A DNA stretch of 64,000 bases from Nitrososphaerota archaeon (GCA_029785615.1 JAFLZH010000004.1:20545-84544), one strand, 5' to 3'. Positions 47,301 to 59,000 are shown, counted from the first letter of the stretch. Notes: generated by a model from the letters alone, not told the origin. Program-made: numbers and translations.

Positions 47301-47798
47301 CTTTTCGAAGAGCCCCCGACCGTTCAACCGTCTCGCTCGTGCCCTCTTTTTTTCTCAGGTTGAATTTCCTAAGGTCGACGTGCTAGCAGGCTTCCAAGTT
47401 GTGCCCGTTGGCTCAAGCCGGCTTCTAGGAGAGGCCGAAGTCAAGGAATCGTCTTGTGAGGGTATGCCTGGAAATTAGATGCGGGAGGGTGTTCTTGATG
47501 AGCGCTTTTGCTGCGCCTCCGCGCTGGCCGCGAGCCCAATCTAGTCCTCCTCCCCGAAAGTGAAAGGGACGTTGGCCCTCTTACGTCGGATTGCCAGGCA
47601 GCCATTGGTTCGCGAAGTGGCACCCCTGATACCGTGAAACGAAGATGAGTGTTGTTTGGTCCGACGGGGGATCCTGGGCTCTCATACGTTTCCACGCGGC
47701 AGAATCACTGAATTGGCTCGGGTCGTGCCGCAGAACCGGCCAAAGCGTCACTGCCTGGGGCGCATCTTATATCTACGGCCCCGTGGCTTTCTAGACCT

Positions 47799-48158
47799 GT
47801 GCCTGGGAGCATGGTTGCGGATCAGATAAGGGGCGTACACGTCGTGCATGCGCAGTGGTGCCCGCACTGCCACCCGACCACGGTGGAACCGGTGGGAGAG
47901 AAAGCCGCTGAACTCGGATTGGAATTCCACGACTACGACATAGACAACCCTGACCAGGTAAAGAAAGCGGACGCGCTCATCCGAGACCATGGCGACTGGT
48001 CCGAGGACTATCTGATACCGCAGGTCTTCTTGGAGATGCGGGATGGGACAATTCGCCATGTTCTGACCGGCTACTCGGAAGGTGTGGAGCTTACCAGAAG
48101 GGCGGTCGCGAACCTGCTGAACAGTCCCTACTTTCGAGGTGGCGCGCCTGCAAGATAG
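47799..48158 (+). CDS. Thioredoxin/glutaredoxin-fold protein
   Basis: WCPHC motif, IPQVF cis-Pro motif. Confidence 0.75.
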   Translation: MPGSMVADQIRGVHVVHAQWCPHCHPTTVEPVGEKAAELGLEFHDYDIDNPDQVKKADALIRDHGDWSEDYLIPQVFLEMRDGTIRHVLTGYSEGVELTRRAVANLLNSPYFRGGAPAR

Positions 48159-48600
48159 GGCGATGGAGGTAGCGCGCTCCATCCTAGCAACCACCGCCAA
48201 GTGCTCACATTGCAGCGGCCAGGCGGCCATCGAATACCTCGAGGGCGGCTCGATCGGGGTGCACGTCTGCCCAGGCAGATATGTCTCAAGGATAATCGCG
48301 TATGGCAACCCGCTCGACCTGGACAGATTCAGGGAGTTCGTTCAAGGGGCCGTTCAGGGGACGCAGAGAATCGACGACACCGATGTGAGGGTAGCGAGCC
48401 GCTACGCCTGGGACCTGGGGCTCGACAGGGCCAGCAACGACCTGATCCTCAAGGAGATGTACTGGACGCAGAACTACCGCAGGGCCAAGAGCGAAGACCC
48501 AGACAGGGTTGCCCTCTTCTTCTGCGCCAATGGAGACTCGTTCTTCGTCCAAGCAGTCCAGGGAAATGAGAGGCTCTGCAGCAAGTGCAGGAACCCATAG
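48139..48600 (+). CDS. Hypothetical Cys-containing (Zn-binding?) protein
   Basis: CSHC, HVC, FFC, CSKC; overlaps the upstream gene. Confidence 0.65.
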   Translation: MARLQDRAMEVARSILATTAKCSHCSGQAAIEYLEGGSIGVHVCPGRYVSRIIAYGNPLDLDRFREFVQGAVQGTQRIDDTDVRVASRYAWDLGLDRASNDLILKEMYWTQNYRRAKSEDPDRVALFFCANGDSFFVQAVQGNERLCSKCRNP

Positions 48601-48736
48601 GGAACGCATAACACTGCGCACGCCATCCCCAATCGCCGTCCTCCCCTAACCGGGAGTCTTGTCCGACCAACGCGGTCCATGCCGGCCAGAATCCCCCCAC
48701 CATGTATTTACGCCCCGTCCCTGAACCTGAGGGCAC

Positions 48737-49909
48737 TTGCCAGGGGAATCGACGAAGTCCGTCCATGAAGCAGAACCCTTCGACGAGGGCACCGGCTCGC
48801 TTGTCGCGCCCATCTATGAGACTTCGACCTTCGGGTTCGCCAGGGCTGCAGACGTCCCTCTCGCGGTGTCAGGCTCAGGGGAGAAGGGGTACACGTACTC
48901 GAGGTGGGACAACCCCACCGTCGTGAGGCTTGAGAAGAAGCTCGGAGCCTTCGAGCATGCAGGGGGCGGCGCAGCCTTCTCGTCTGGGATGGCAGCGATA
49001 TCCACCGCCGTCTTCGCCTTCCTGGAGAAGGGATCCCACGTGCTGGCGATCAGAGACCTCTATGGTGGGACATTCGGGCTCCTCCACGACATCCTCCCCG
49101 GGCTCGGCTTCGACATTACCCTGGTGGACACCGGAAATTTTGAGGCCCTGGAGAGGGGCGTGAAGAAGAACACGAAGATAGTCTACATCGAGAGCCCCAC
49201 GAATCCCACCCTGAAGGTGGTCGACATAGGAAAGGCGGCCAAGCTCGCCCATTCGAACGGCGCGCTGTTAATGGTGGACAACACCTTTGCGTCGCCGATC
49301 AACCAGAACCCCCTGGACCTGGGGGCAGACGTCGTCCTGCACAGCGCCACGAAATATCTCAACGGGCATGCGGACCTGATAGCAGGCGCGGCGATGGCTG
49401 ACGCCGAGAGGATTCGTAAGATCAAGATGACGAGGAGGGAGTTCGGAGGGACACTGGACGCGCTCCCCGCCTGGCTAGTCCTCCGCGGCATGAAGACCAT
49501 GGCCATCAGGGTGAGGCAGCAGAACGCCAGCGCCATGGCCCTGGCGGAATTCCTGTCGACCCACAAGAAGGTGGCGTCAGTGCATTACCCCGGACTCAAG
49601 ACACACCCGCAGCACCGGCTCGCGCGGAAACAGATGAAGGGCTTCGGCGGCATGCTGAGTTTCGAGGTCGATGGGACGGCGGGGGACGCCATGAGGTTCA
49701 CCGAGTCAGTGAAGATTGCGACCCTCGCCGCAAGCCTTGGCGGGGTCGAGACACTGGTGTCGCAACCCTACAACATGACCCACACCCAGATGTCGGCCGA
49801 AGACAGGGAGAAAACTGGGATTCCTGAGACGCTTGTGAGGGTCTCGGTTGGGATAGAGGACGTGAACGACCTCATCGAAGACTTCAGGCGTGCACTCGCA
49901 GCTGTGTAG
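48737..49909 (+). CDS. PLP-dependent cystathionine gamma-synthase/lyase or methionine gamma-lyase
   Basis: YSRWDNPT, SSGMAAI, ESPTNP, VDNTFA, SATKYLNGH, SLGGVE. Confidence 0.93.
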   Translation: MPGESTKSVHEAEPFDEGTGSLVAPIYETSTFGFARAADVPLAVSGSGEKGYTYSRWDNPTVVRLEKKLGAFEHAGGGAAFSSGMAAISTAVFAFLEKGSHVLAIRDLYGGTFGLLHDILPGLGFDITLVDTGNFEALERGVKKNTKIVYIESPTNPTLKVVDIGKAAKLAHSNGALLMVDNTFASPINQNPLDLGADVVLHSATKYLNGHADLIAGAAMADAERIRKIKMTRREFGGTLDALPAWLVLRGMKTMAIRVRQQNASAMALAEFLSTHKKVASVHYPGLKTHPQHRLARKQMKGFGGMLSFEVDGTAGDAMRFTESVKIATLAASLGGVETLVSQPYNMTHTQMSAEDREKTGIPETLVRVSVGIEDVNDLIEDFRRALAAV

Positions 49910-51074
49910 AGGGCTCGAGCCAGCCCTCGACAGACTCCGCTTCCTCGTAGACCTCCAGGCCGTATCTGATCAGAGGCTTGGTCAGGTGCCTGTTTGCCCT
50001 TGGGGATGGAATGTAGACTCCTGCCTCCAGCCCCCCAACGCGGGTGCGCTTCACCTCGAGCTTCTCCATGTTGAGAATCTTCGGGTGGCGAGATGTCGCT
50101 CTCCTTACACCTCCGAAGGCGCGAATCGTGTCCCCCCTCTTCAGCAGCTTCGCGGAGCGCCTGAGGTCCCCCGTGGGCTCGTAGGCTGCCAGCATGTGCC
50201 TCCCCCCGCTTTGGTCGAAAGTTACGTAGACGTGCCCCCCCTCCCCCACCTCCACCTCCTCGACCGTGCCGTCCACCCAGCCAGAGGAGTAGACCTTCCA
50301 ATCCAGCTCCCTCTGGATGTGAGCGTCGGTGTGCTGGTTGGACAGGTAGACCATGTGCCCTTCCAGAAGCTCGTCGTACTTCAGCATACTGAAGGCCCTG
50401 ACCACGCTGGAGGGAGAGTCGCCGCGGATCCCAACGAAGACCGGGTCCGGCCCGTGGGGGGCGACCAGGACCTTCCTCTTCTGATAGTCGAAGCTGTTGA
50501 AGGTGTGGGGAAACATACGAGCGTCCATCTCCTTGACTGACGAGCTGTCGACGAGCCGCCTCGTCCCCCAGCGCTCCTTCCTCCTGTATGCGATGAGCTC
50601 GTAGGTGTGGTCTGAGGTCCCTGCGAACCCGAGAGAGGCGGCGGCCCCCACCACCCCCATGCCGTTGCCGAGCTCGAGGGTCCTCCCCCCTGCCTGTCTG
50701 ATGAGGCTCCGGGCCCTTTGCGGGCTGACGACCGCGGAGAGCGCGTCCTGATAGAGGTCCTCGAAGGCATCTGCCTTCGAGGCGCAGTCGAGGAAGACCA
50801 ACCCAGAGTTGGCTCCCCCCTCGACGTCAGCCAGGGCCCTTACCTTAGACGAAAGGGCACGGAAAGCTTCGTCCGGGTCGTCCCCCTCGAGAGTCAGACA
50901 CACCGCGGCGTTTCCCCGCGTCTTGAACGGGATGTTGGGGTTGAGCCTGACCAGGCGCGGATAGGCGCACACCCTGACCACCGGGCTGAGGTCGGTGGCA
51001 ATCCGGTAGGCAAGATATGTGGTGCAGTAGCCGCGGGCGGAATCGGTGTCGTCGATGCCTGCTAGGAACCGCAC
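49884..51074 (-). CDS. tiaS: tRNA(Ile2) 2-agmatinylcytidine synthetase, lacking the zinc ribbon
   Basis: GIDDTDS..CTT, RLNPNIPFKTRGN, TYELIAYR, PHGPDPVF.GIRG, NQHTDAH, RHLTKP. Confidence 0.93.
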   Translation of the reverse strand: MRFLAGIDDTDSARGYCTTYLAYRIATDLSPVVRVCAYPRLVRLNPNIPFKTRGNAAVCLTLEGDDPDEAFRALSSKVRALADVEGGANSGLVFLDCASKADAFEDLYQDALSAVVSPQRARSLIRQAGGRTLELGNGMGVVGAAASLGFAGTSDHTYELIAYRRKERWGTRRLVDSSSVKEMDARMFPHTFNSFDYQKRKVLVAPHGPDPVFVGIRGDSPSSVVRAFSMLKYDELLEGHMVYLSNQHTDAHIQRELDWKVYSSGWVDGTVEEVEVGEGGHVYVTFDQSGGRHMLAAYEPTGDLRRSAKLLKRGDTIRAFGGVRRATSRHPKILNMEKLEVKRTRVGGLEAGVYIPSPRANRHLTKPLIRYGLEVYEEAESVEGWLEPSTQLRVHA

Positions 51075-51120
51075 GAAAGGCTATGCCGGCCTAGGGGCGT
51101 TTTAAGCGTGGAAGCGATGG

Positions 51121-51354
51121 TTACGCGTCTACCACGATCATGGTGAGGGTGCTCCTCACCTTGTCGAGGCGTCTGATGTTCCAGGTGATTGTCTCCTTGA
51201 CCTTCTCCATGGTGTCGGCTTCCACCCTGGCGACGATGTCGTAGACGCCGTAGACTACATAGACCTCCTTGACGTTGGGGATCTCACGGAGCTTCTTGAG
51301 CAGGTCCTCTTCAGCCCCGAGGTCCGCGTTCACCAGGACGAATGCTTGAGGGAT
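51121..51354 (-). CDS. Stand-alone Lrp/AsnC ligand-binding (RAM) domain
   Basis: AFVLVN..G.E..VYGVYDIVARV..IRRLDKVRSTLTMIV; probable ATC start. Confidence 0.85.
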   Translation of the reverse strand: MPQAFVLVNADLGAEEDLLKKLREIPNVKEVYVVYGVYDIVARVEADTMEKVKETITWNIRRLDKVRSTLTMIVVDA

Positions 51355-51478
51355 GCCAGATCTACCTCTCCTCTTTCTCTGAGAGCATTCAGTAATAACC
51401 GTTGCCCTATGCCGTGAAGGTGCCGCCTGGCAGACAGTAGATAAGGAACCGGCCAGGGGCTGGCCAGGGAACCGCGCC

Positions 51479-52003
51479 TTGCTAGGAGTATTCACCCTCG
51501 AAATGGGTCAGGACGACCCCGCGAAGTGCACCGCCAGGAAGATGGTCAACATGGACCTGGCGAAGGGGGTCAGCCGCAAGTTCCACGCCTCGGACAAGAT
51601 AGTCGTCCTGAACCCATTCGCTCACAGGGTACTGTCCCAGCCTGACCGTGGAGTCAAGGCCGTGCTCGCCGTCGACTGCTCATGGAACCAGGCCCAGGAG
51701 GTCTTCTTCAGGAAGCTCGGGGGGAAGCACCGGAGGCTCCCGGTGCTCCTGGCGGCGAACCCCACCAACTACTCCAGGGCTGGGATGCTCAGCTCATTGG
51801 AAGCGGTGGCGGCCACCATGTACGTCCTGGGCGAGGTCGAAGAGGCCGAGAGGTACCTCAACATCTACAAGTGGGGCCCCACCTTCTTGACCCTCAACCA
51901 CGAGCCGCTGGAGGCATACCGTAGGGCCAGGACGGAAGGGAAGGTGAGGCAGGCGGAGAGAGAGTACTTCCCTCACCTTTTCGCGCCAGACTCTCTCCAG
52001 TAA
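51479..52003 (+). CDS. tsr3: 16S rRNA aminocarboxypropyltransferase
   Basis: QDDPAKCTARK, DCSW, RRLPVLLAANPTNY, LSSLEA, KWGPTF. Confidence 0.93.
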   Translation: MLGVFTLEMGQDDPAKCTARKMVNMDLAKGVSRKFHASDKIVVLNPFAHRVLSQPDRGVKAVLAVDCSWNQAQEVFFRKLGGKHRRLPVLLAANPTNYSRAGMLSSLEAVAATMYVLGEVEEAERYLNIYKWGPTFLTLNHEPLEAYRRARTEGKVRQAEREYFPHLFAPDSLQ

Positions 52004-52218
52004 GAATACTGAAGCCCACGGTCGGCGCGGCTGTTTGAGGAGCGCCCTTCACGAACCAAGGACTCGCGGAGCTCGCCATGGGCGTGATGCCGGCCACTCG
52101 CATAGGAAGCATCTCGTTTCGAGGTCAAACGTCGGGCGCCGCCCGCTCGGTCGGACAGCCGCACTGCCCATGTGCCGCGCCCGGGAAAGGGTTAACTGTA
52201 GTTGAGGGGCCCGCGAAG

Positions 52219-52516
52219 CCGACGCGAGCCGGTGGACGGGCCACGGGGATCTCCTGGGGAAGTTCCTCCCTCACTGCAGGACGCACGGCGCCAGGAGGCG
52301 CGACCGGAGACGGTCGGCTCCAGAACAGAAACGAGACCCGGCCCACCTCGAGCGATGATGGGGCGACCTTGAGGTCGGTGGGACGCGGGATGAAACGGCT
52401 GACCCGTGCGGAGCAAGGCCAAACGTGGCCGATGAAGTGCCTGCGACAGGCCAGGGTAGGCCGCTGAGCGGAATCCCGTCTAGAACAGAAGGAGGACTAC
52501 GGCCGGCACACGTCGG
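52219..52516 (+). ncRNA. rnpB: RNase P RNA
   Basis: GGGGAAGTTCCTCC (CR-I) pairing with AACAGAAGGAGGACTA (CR-V); ACAGAAACG, GATGAAACGG, GGAGCAAG; termini pair (CCGACG/CGTCGG). Confidence 0.9.
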
Positions 52517-52523
52517 AGTCCTC

Positions 52524-52547
52524 GGGAGAGGGGTAAAACCCTCTCTC
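52524..52547 (+). terminator. Hairpin downstream of the RNase P RNA
   Basis: GGGAGAGGG-GTAAAA-CCCTCTCTC. Confidence 0.4.
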
Positions 52548-53076
52548 GTGGGCTTTTCCATCGGAACAAGCAATGGAGGCTAACCCAAGTGGGGTGCTAG
52601 ATTATCCGAGACTTAAAGTGGGGATGAACACGAATCAGATTCTACCTTTCAATCTGTCTGGGCACAGGTAGGAGGTTACTTCGATGGAGATAGATTGCCC
52701 ACATCCGAGTTGACTCCCCCGTCGTCCTGAAGTTCATCCTCGCTTGGGTTGACAACTAGCGCGAGCGACTGCGATGGCTCAGACTCTCCCTTCTAACGAA
52801 GGGTTTGCAGTCGGGCTGATCTGAACCACGGCAAAGAGGCGCTCGTGCTTCGAGTAGCAAGCACCAGGACGGCGCTGGCTGCCGTAAAGGAGTTGGTAAG
52901 ACATTGTTTCAAGAAGCTCAGAGAATTGCAAGCGACTGTTGATTATTATTAGAACAGGGTTACCGGAACCGCGGTTCTATCAGAATTCAATGAGCTGATA
53001 CAAGCAAGAACACGCCTCGGTAAGACAATGCCATTGGTCCCACTATCGGCATTTGTTGATGCCATGTGTCAAATAG

Positions 53077-56000
53077 CTACGGACGGAGAATTGAAGTCTG
53101 AAGAAGCGAAGAAATGTCGAAGAGAGCAGAAAATCCGGAACCGTGACAGTTTCGAGCCAGGACAGGCAAAGCCTGGGCGGAGGGAAGACACCTCTGCTGG
53201 GAATCATATTTCCCGAGCTTCGTCTGGAGCTCCTCCTCTTCCTTCCTGCGTCGCTTCCCCGCGATGAGGAAGAACCACGCGAAGAAGAATACAAGGGAGC
53301 CCACGAGCATGGGGATGATGAAGAACCAAATCCATGATATCTGGCTCGCAATGCCGACACGAGTGGGCACGCTCTGAAGGTTCCCGATAGCAAAGTTGGT
53401 CCCGCCCAGTCTGGCTATCGGGACAGTCCCGCAGATTGTGAATCCCGCTGTCGTAATGTCAGATGGATTCACCCAGGTGCTCCCGTTCCAGTATTGCATT
53501 CCGGTGCCGGCACCGACAATGGAATTGGTGATGCAGACGTGGGCGTTCAACCCGGTCGGGATGGTCCCGTTACCGACTACGAACACGTCGAAGTATCTGA
53601 TCGCACCGGTAAAGGTCTCGGCGGTGACTCCGTAGGAGGGCAGGGTGAGGTTCGCGAGCTCGATTCTGAGCGTCGTGCCGGGGGCGTTCCCGAGGCCAGG
53701 GATGGAGACCGAGATTCCCGTCGTGGCCGTCTCGTCGACGACGGCCGTGCCGTTGGTCGAGGTCACTGGGAAGACGTCCGAGTGGTAGTTGCCGACGTTC
53801 GTGACTATGAAGGTCGTTGTCGCCACGTCTCCGGGGCGGGTCGCCACGTCGCTCCCGGTCGCGGTGACAGTTTCGGCCCCGGGGGGAGAAGATGGGACGC
53901 TGAACGTAGCCGAGAAGGTCCCGTTGGGACCTACAGTCGCTGCGGCTACCGTACCTCTGCTTATCACGATGTTGACCGTCGCACCAGGAGTGAACCCGGT
54001 TCCGTCCACGGTCACTGGAGTACCTGTGAGCCCCGAAGTCGGCGTGATAGCGATGGCGGGACCTCCAGCCGGAGCGGTAGTGAGGATAAAGACCGCGTAG
54101 GCGACGATTTGCCCGGTGCTAGCGTCGCTTACGACCACCAAGCCATTCTGGCCGAAGGCAGTGAGGACGGTTAGGGGAGGGACGGCGCCTGAGGAAGTTG
54201 AGGTGAACTCGTAGGTCGTCGGACATGGGGACATGGTGCTGAGAGTGACGCCCGGCTCGAAGCAGTAGTAGTAGTTACCACCAGGCGAGAAGTTGGAGCC
54301 GCTGAGGAAGATCAGTGTTCCCGGCGGGCCGGAGGTCGGCGTGATGGTGATGACGGTGGTGGACCCGACAGCCACCGTGTCCACGGGAGAACACGCGCTT
54401 TCAGGGGTGTGGGCCGAGTCGGTGACTTTGTAGGAGTATACCGTCGAGGTGGACGGTGAGGGAGAGAAGCTGGCAGCTGTCGCACCTGAGACAGGGCTGG
54501 CGCACCCTGCTCCCGCGTACCACTGGTAGGAGTATGGGGCTGTCCCGCCTGAGGGGCTGGCCGAGAGGCGGATGGACTGCCCAGCGCTGATGGTCGGGGC
54601 GGAGGGAGTTATCGGTCCGGCGATGAGCTCGCCGTTTACTGTCACGGCGTCACCCCCCACGCAGGACTTGGTGCCCGTCGCGTCGGTCACCTGGACCCAG
54701 TAGGTGGTGGTCGTGGAGGGTGAGACGGTGAAGCTCGAGCTGGTTCCCGATACCTGGCCGCTGCAGTCTGCCCCGGTGAACCACTCGTAGGAATAAGGAC
54801 CAACGCCGCCACTGGGAGTTATGGTGAGGGTGATTGGTTGGCCGCCGTCGATGGAAGGTGAAGGTGGTTCTATCCCGCCAGGCGATAGGGTGGAGCCGTA
54901 GGTGACAGAGCTGGAAGAAGTCGCGGTGTTGCCGTCAGCGTCGGTGACGGTCAGGCCGACGGAGTAGCTTCCAGGGGCCCTGGCGATGACGGTGCATGAC
55001 TGGTCGGAAGGCCCGCACCCCGAGGCGACGGACATTCCGCCTGGGAGGTTCCATGAGTAGGTGTAGGGTGAGGTACCGCCCGAGGCGGTTGCGGTGAACG
55101 TGACGGGCGAACCCAAGGTCGCGCTCACGGGAGCTGACACCAGGACGGAAAGGGGCGCAGGGCCGACCTTGAGGGTCGCCGGGGAAGAGGTCGAAACATC
55201 GTTGGCGCTGTCCGTGACCCTTACGCTCACCGAGTAGGACCCTGGGGCGGCGGAGGTCACTGTGCAGGTGTCGGCGGTGGAGTCGCACCCTGACACCACC
55301 GTGACGCCTGAGGGAATGCTCCAGTAGTAGGTATACGGCGAAGTGCCGCCTGTGGGGGTAACTCTGAAGGTGACGTCACTCCCCGCTTGAATTGTCGCGG
55401 TCGAAGGCGACAGCGGCCCCGCATGGAGCGAAGGCAGGGGAGCTGGGCTGTTTACCGTTACAGTGTCCCCCGCGGAACAGGCAGACTCAGGCGTTGAAGC
55501 AGAGTCGGTGACTTGGTAGTAGTAGGCGGTCGTAGAGGAGGGCGAAGCATCGTATGTAGAGGAGATTGCTCCGCTTATGGGGCTGGTGCAGCCAGCTCCA
55601 GTGAACCATTGATACGCGTAGGCGGTGGTACCGCCGTTCGGGTTTGCAGTAAGGAGCACCGATGAGCCGCTGGAGATGGTAGGCGATGGAGGTGTTATGG
55701 CTCCTGCGCTCAGGGCCGGGTTGACGGTCACCGCCACGGGGCTGGACGTCGAGACTGCGCCAGTCACGCTGTCGACGACGGTTGCACAGTAGTAGGTAGT
55801 TGAAGCGGGCGAGACGGAGACGCCAGTGAGCGGGCTCGTTCCGATGTTGGCATGCGCCGAACCTACTTGGGTGATGTCGAGGGCGCAACTTGTGGACGAG
55901 GAACCGCTGTAAATCGTTATCGTGAAGTCTGCCGTCCCGCCGGTCCAAGACACTTGGAGGGTGCCCGACTGCCCGCTGTCCAGAACGGCGGGTGAAGGCG

Positions 56001-59000
56001 TCGCGGTGACCCCGGAGATCGCCGCGTTGACCGTTACCAAGTCGGTTGGGGAGCTTACAGCCGGAGGATTGGTCGAGGCGTCTGTAACTTCGTAACAGTA
56101 GTAGGTGTTGGAAGTCGGCGATACCAACTGGATGGATGAGGTACCCAGGGGTGTCGTATCAGAGGTACAGGCCGCACTGGACCCTGAGTACCACTGGTAG
56201 GTGTACGAACCGGTTCCGCCTGATGGGTGGGCGGTGAGGGTCAATGATTGGCCGCTGTCGATCGTGGGGGATGCTGGGGTGATGGCTCCAGCCGAAAGAG
56301 CAGTGTCAACAGCTACCTGGTCCGTAGCTGAGCTAGTCGTGGGCGGGTTGGTGGATGTGTCAGATATGCTGTAGCAGTAGTAGGTGTTCGAGGTCGGCGA
56401 CACTACCTGAGCGGATGACGTCCCGAGCGTTGCGGTGTCAGAGGAACAGGTGGAGCTCGAACCTGAATACCATTGGTAGGTGTACGCCCCCGTCCCTCCT
56501 GACGGATGCGCCGTGAGGGTTACCGACTGTCCATTGTCGACGGTCGGGGAAGAGGGAGTGACTGCGCCGGCCGAAAGAGCGGAATCCACTGTGACCAAGT
56601 CGGTCGCCGATGACACCGTGGGAGGGTTCGTCGAAGTGTCCGACAGTGAATAGCAGTAGTATGTGTTGGTTGTGGGTGAAACCACCTGTGTGGAAGCAGT
56701 TCCCAGTGTGGCGGTGTCAGAAGCACAGGAGGTGCTTGACCCGGAGTACCACTTGTATGTGTAGGAGCCGGTTCCGCCTGATGGATTAGCCGTAAGGGTG
56801 ACGGACTGGCCGCTGTCTATGGTAGGACCATTTGGGGTCATTGCCCCCGCTGAAAGTGTACTGTCTACGGTAACTGCGTCGCCAGATGAGCAAGAGGTAG
56901 TTGAAGTGGAGTCAGTCACCTTGACGTAGTACGTGGTAGAGGAGCCAGGCGAGGCAGCAAGAGTGGAGGCCGTCGCTCCAGATATAGGAGAGGTGCTGCA
57001 GTCAGAGGAGGTATACCACTGATAGGTATAGGGGCTGGTCCCGCCGCTGGGATTGACAGCCAGCGTGACAGATTGACCGTTGTCTATTGTGGGAGATGAG
57101 GGGGAGATGGTTCCTGCAGCAAGGGGGACGTTGACTGTCACCAGGTCTGTGGCAGAATTCACGGTTGGAGTGTTGGTCGAAGTGTCCGTGACGGAGTAGC
57201 AATAGTAGGTATTCGACGTCGGAGATGGAGCGTAAGTCGATGAAGTCTGCCCGCTCACCGCCGAATCCGAGGAACAGGCCGCGCTGGACCCTGAGTACCA
57301 CTGGTAGGCGTAGGAGCCGGTACCGCCCGAGGGGTGAGCCGTCAGGGTGACTGATACACCGCTGTTGATGGTCGGGCTAGTGGGGGTAATCGCGCCGGCA
57401 GTCAGCGCGGAATCCACTGTGACAAGATTGGCGGCCGAGGTCGACGTTGGCGGGTTGGTCGATGAATCTGTCACCGAGTAGCAGTAGTATATGTTTGATG
57501 TGGGTGAGACCGCCTGGGTTGAAGCGGTTCCAAGTGTCGTAATGTCGGACGAACACGTTGAACTCGAACCAGAGTACCACTGATACGTATAGGACCCGGT
57601 CCCACCGGACGGATGGGCTGTCAATGTGACGGACTGTCCGCTGTCGATGATTGGAGATGTCGGGGTCACAGCACCGGCAGCCAGTATTGCATCTACCGTC
57701 ACTGTGAAAGTGCTTGAGCTTGCGGTTGGGGTCGGGGAAGAACCTGAAGTCACTCCGGCATCCGTGACGATATAGCAGTAGTAGTAGGTGCCAGCAGAAG
57801 TCGACGTTGGGACAGTATAGGTTGAAGATGTCGCCCCGCTGATGGAGGCATCGCTCGTGCTGCATGTTCCAGGGCTGCTGGCGCTGTACCATTGGTAAGC
57901 GAAAGTCCCCGTGCCTCCTGAAGGATGCGAAGTCAACAACAGCGACTGGCCGCTGTCGATGGTTGATCCTGGTGCTGTGATAGCTCCTGCAGAGGGGGAG
58001 CTGTCGACGGTGACGGCGTCCCCGCTCGAGCAACTTGTAGCGCTCGTCGAGTCGGTGACCAGCACGTAGTAGGTGGTTGTCGACGACGGAAACGGGGAGA
58101 AGGTTTGCGAAGTCCCTAGCACCGAGCCGCTGCAACCCGAGCCGGAGTACCATTGGTAGGTGTAGCCGGGGTTCCCTCCGGTGGGGTTGGCAGTGAGGGT
58201 CACCGACTGGCTGCTATCGATGGTCACGGGGGATGGAGAGATGGCTCCTGCAGAAAGGACGTTGTTTACGGTAAGGGAAGATCCTGACGTGGGAGAAGCC
58301 GCAGAATTCGAGTTGGCGTCGGTGACCTTGGCACAGTAGTAGTAAGTGTTGGCGGAGCCCGGCGAAGTGAAACTCAGAGTTTGTGGCGACGATGACGCGC
58401 CGGTCACCTGTCCAGCCTGAGTGTCGGCGCTCGAGCAGGAAGAACTCGACGTGCTGTAATAGAGGGTGACCGTGAAGGTTCCGGTCCCGCCTGACCATGA
58501 GACGCTTACAGAGTCAGACGTGGTGGGCCCGACAGGGTCCGCCGCGAACGACCCGAGCGAAACGCTGGACGGGAGCGGGTTCGCCGTGACTGTCGTCGGG
58601 GTCGAGGTCGTGGTTACCGGGGTCGAGGCGCTGTCGGTCACCTTCAGCTCGAATGAGTAGACACCGGATGTTGTGAGGGTCCCCGTGGACTGAGTGTAGG
58701 TCGTGACCCCGGCGCTGCATGAGAAGGAAGAGCCCAGGTTGCTGTAGCTGCTGGCGCCAGGGGCCTCCTGCAGCCACTGACAAGTGTAGGATGATGTGCC
58801 GCCGCTGAAGGCCGAGGTGACAGTGAGCGATGTCGAACCGCCCACGTCGAAGGCCGGTGACGCTTGAGAGATAGCAGGGGCGCTCAACGGTGTGTTCACG
58901 GTAACCTGATCGGTGCCAGACCCGGATGTGGGAGCGGGAGTCGACCCGGACGTCACCCCCGTGTCAGTGATGATGTAGCAGTAGTAGTAGATCCCGGACG

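Noticed and set aside
47441..47695. 84-aa minus-strand ORF after tRNA-iMet
   Set aside because: No motif, atypical composition and no clear start signals.
52078..52573. ORFs over the RNase P RNA, and ORFs over the SRP, 5S and tRNA genes
   Set aside because: Explained by the structural RNA genes.
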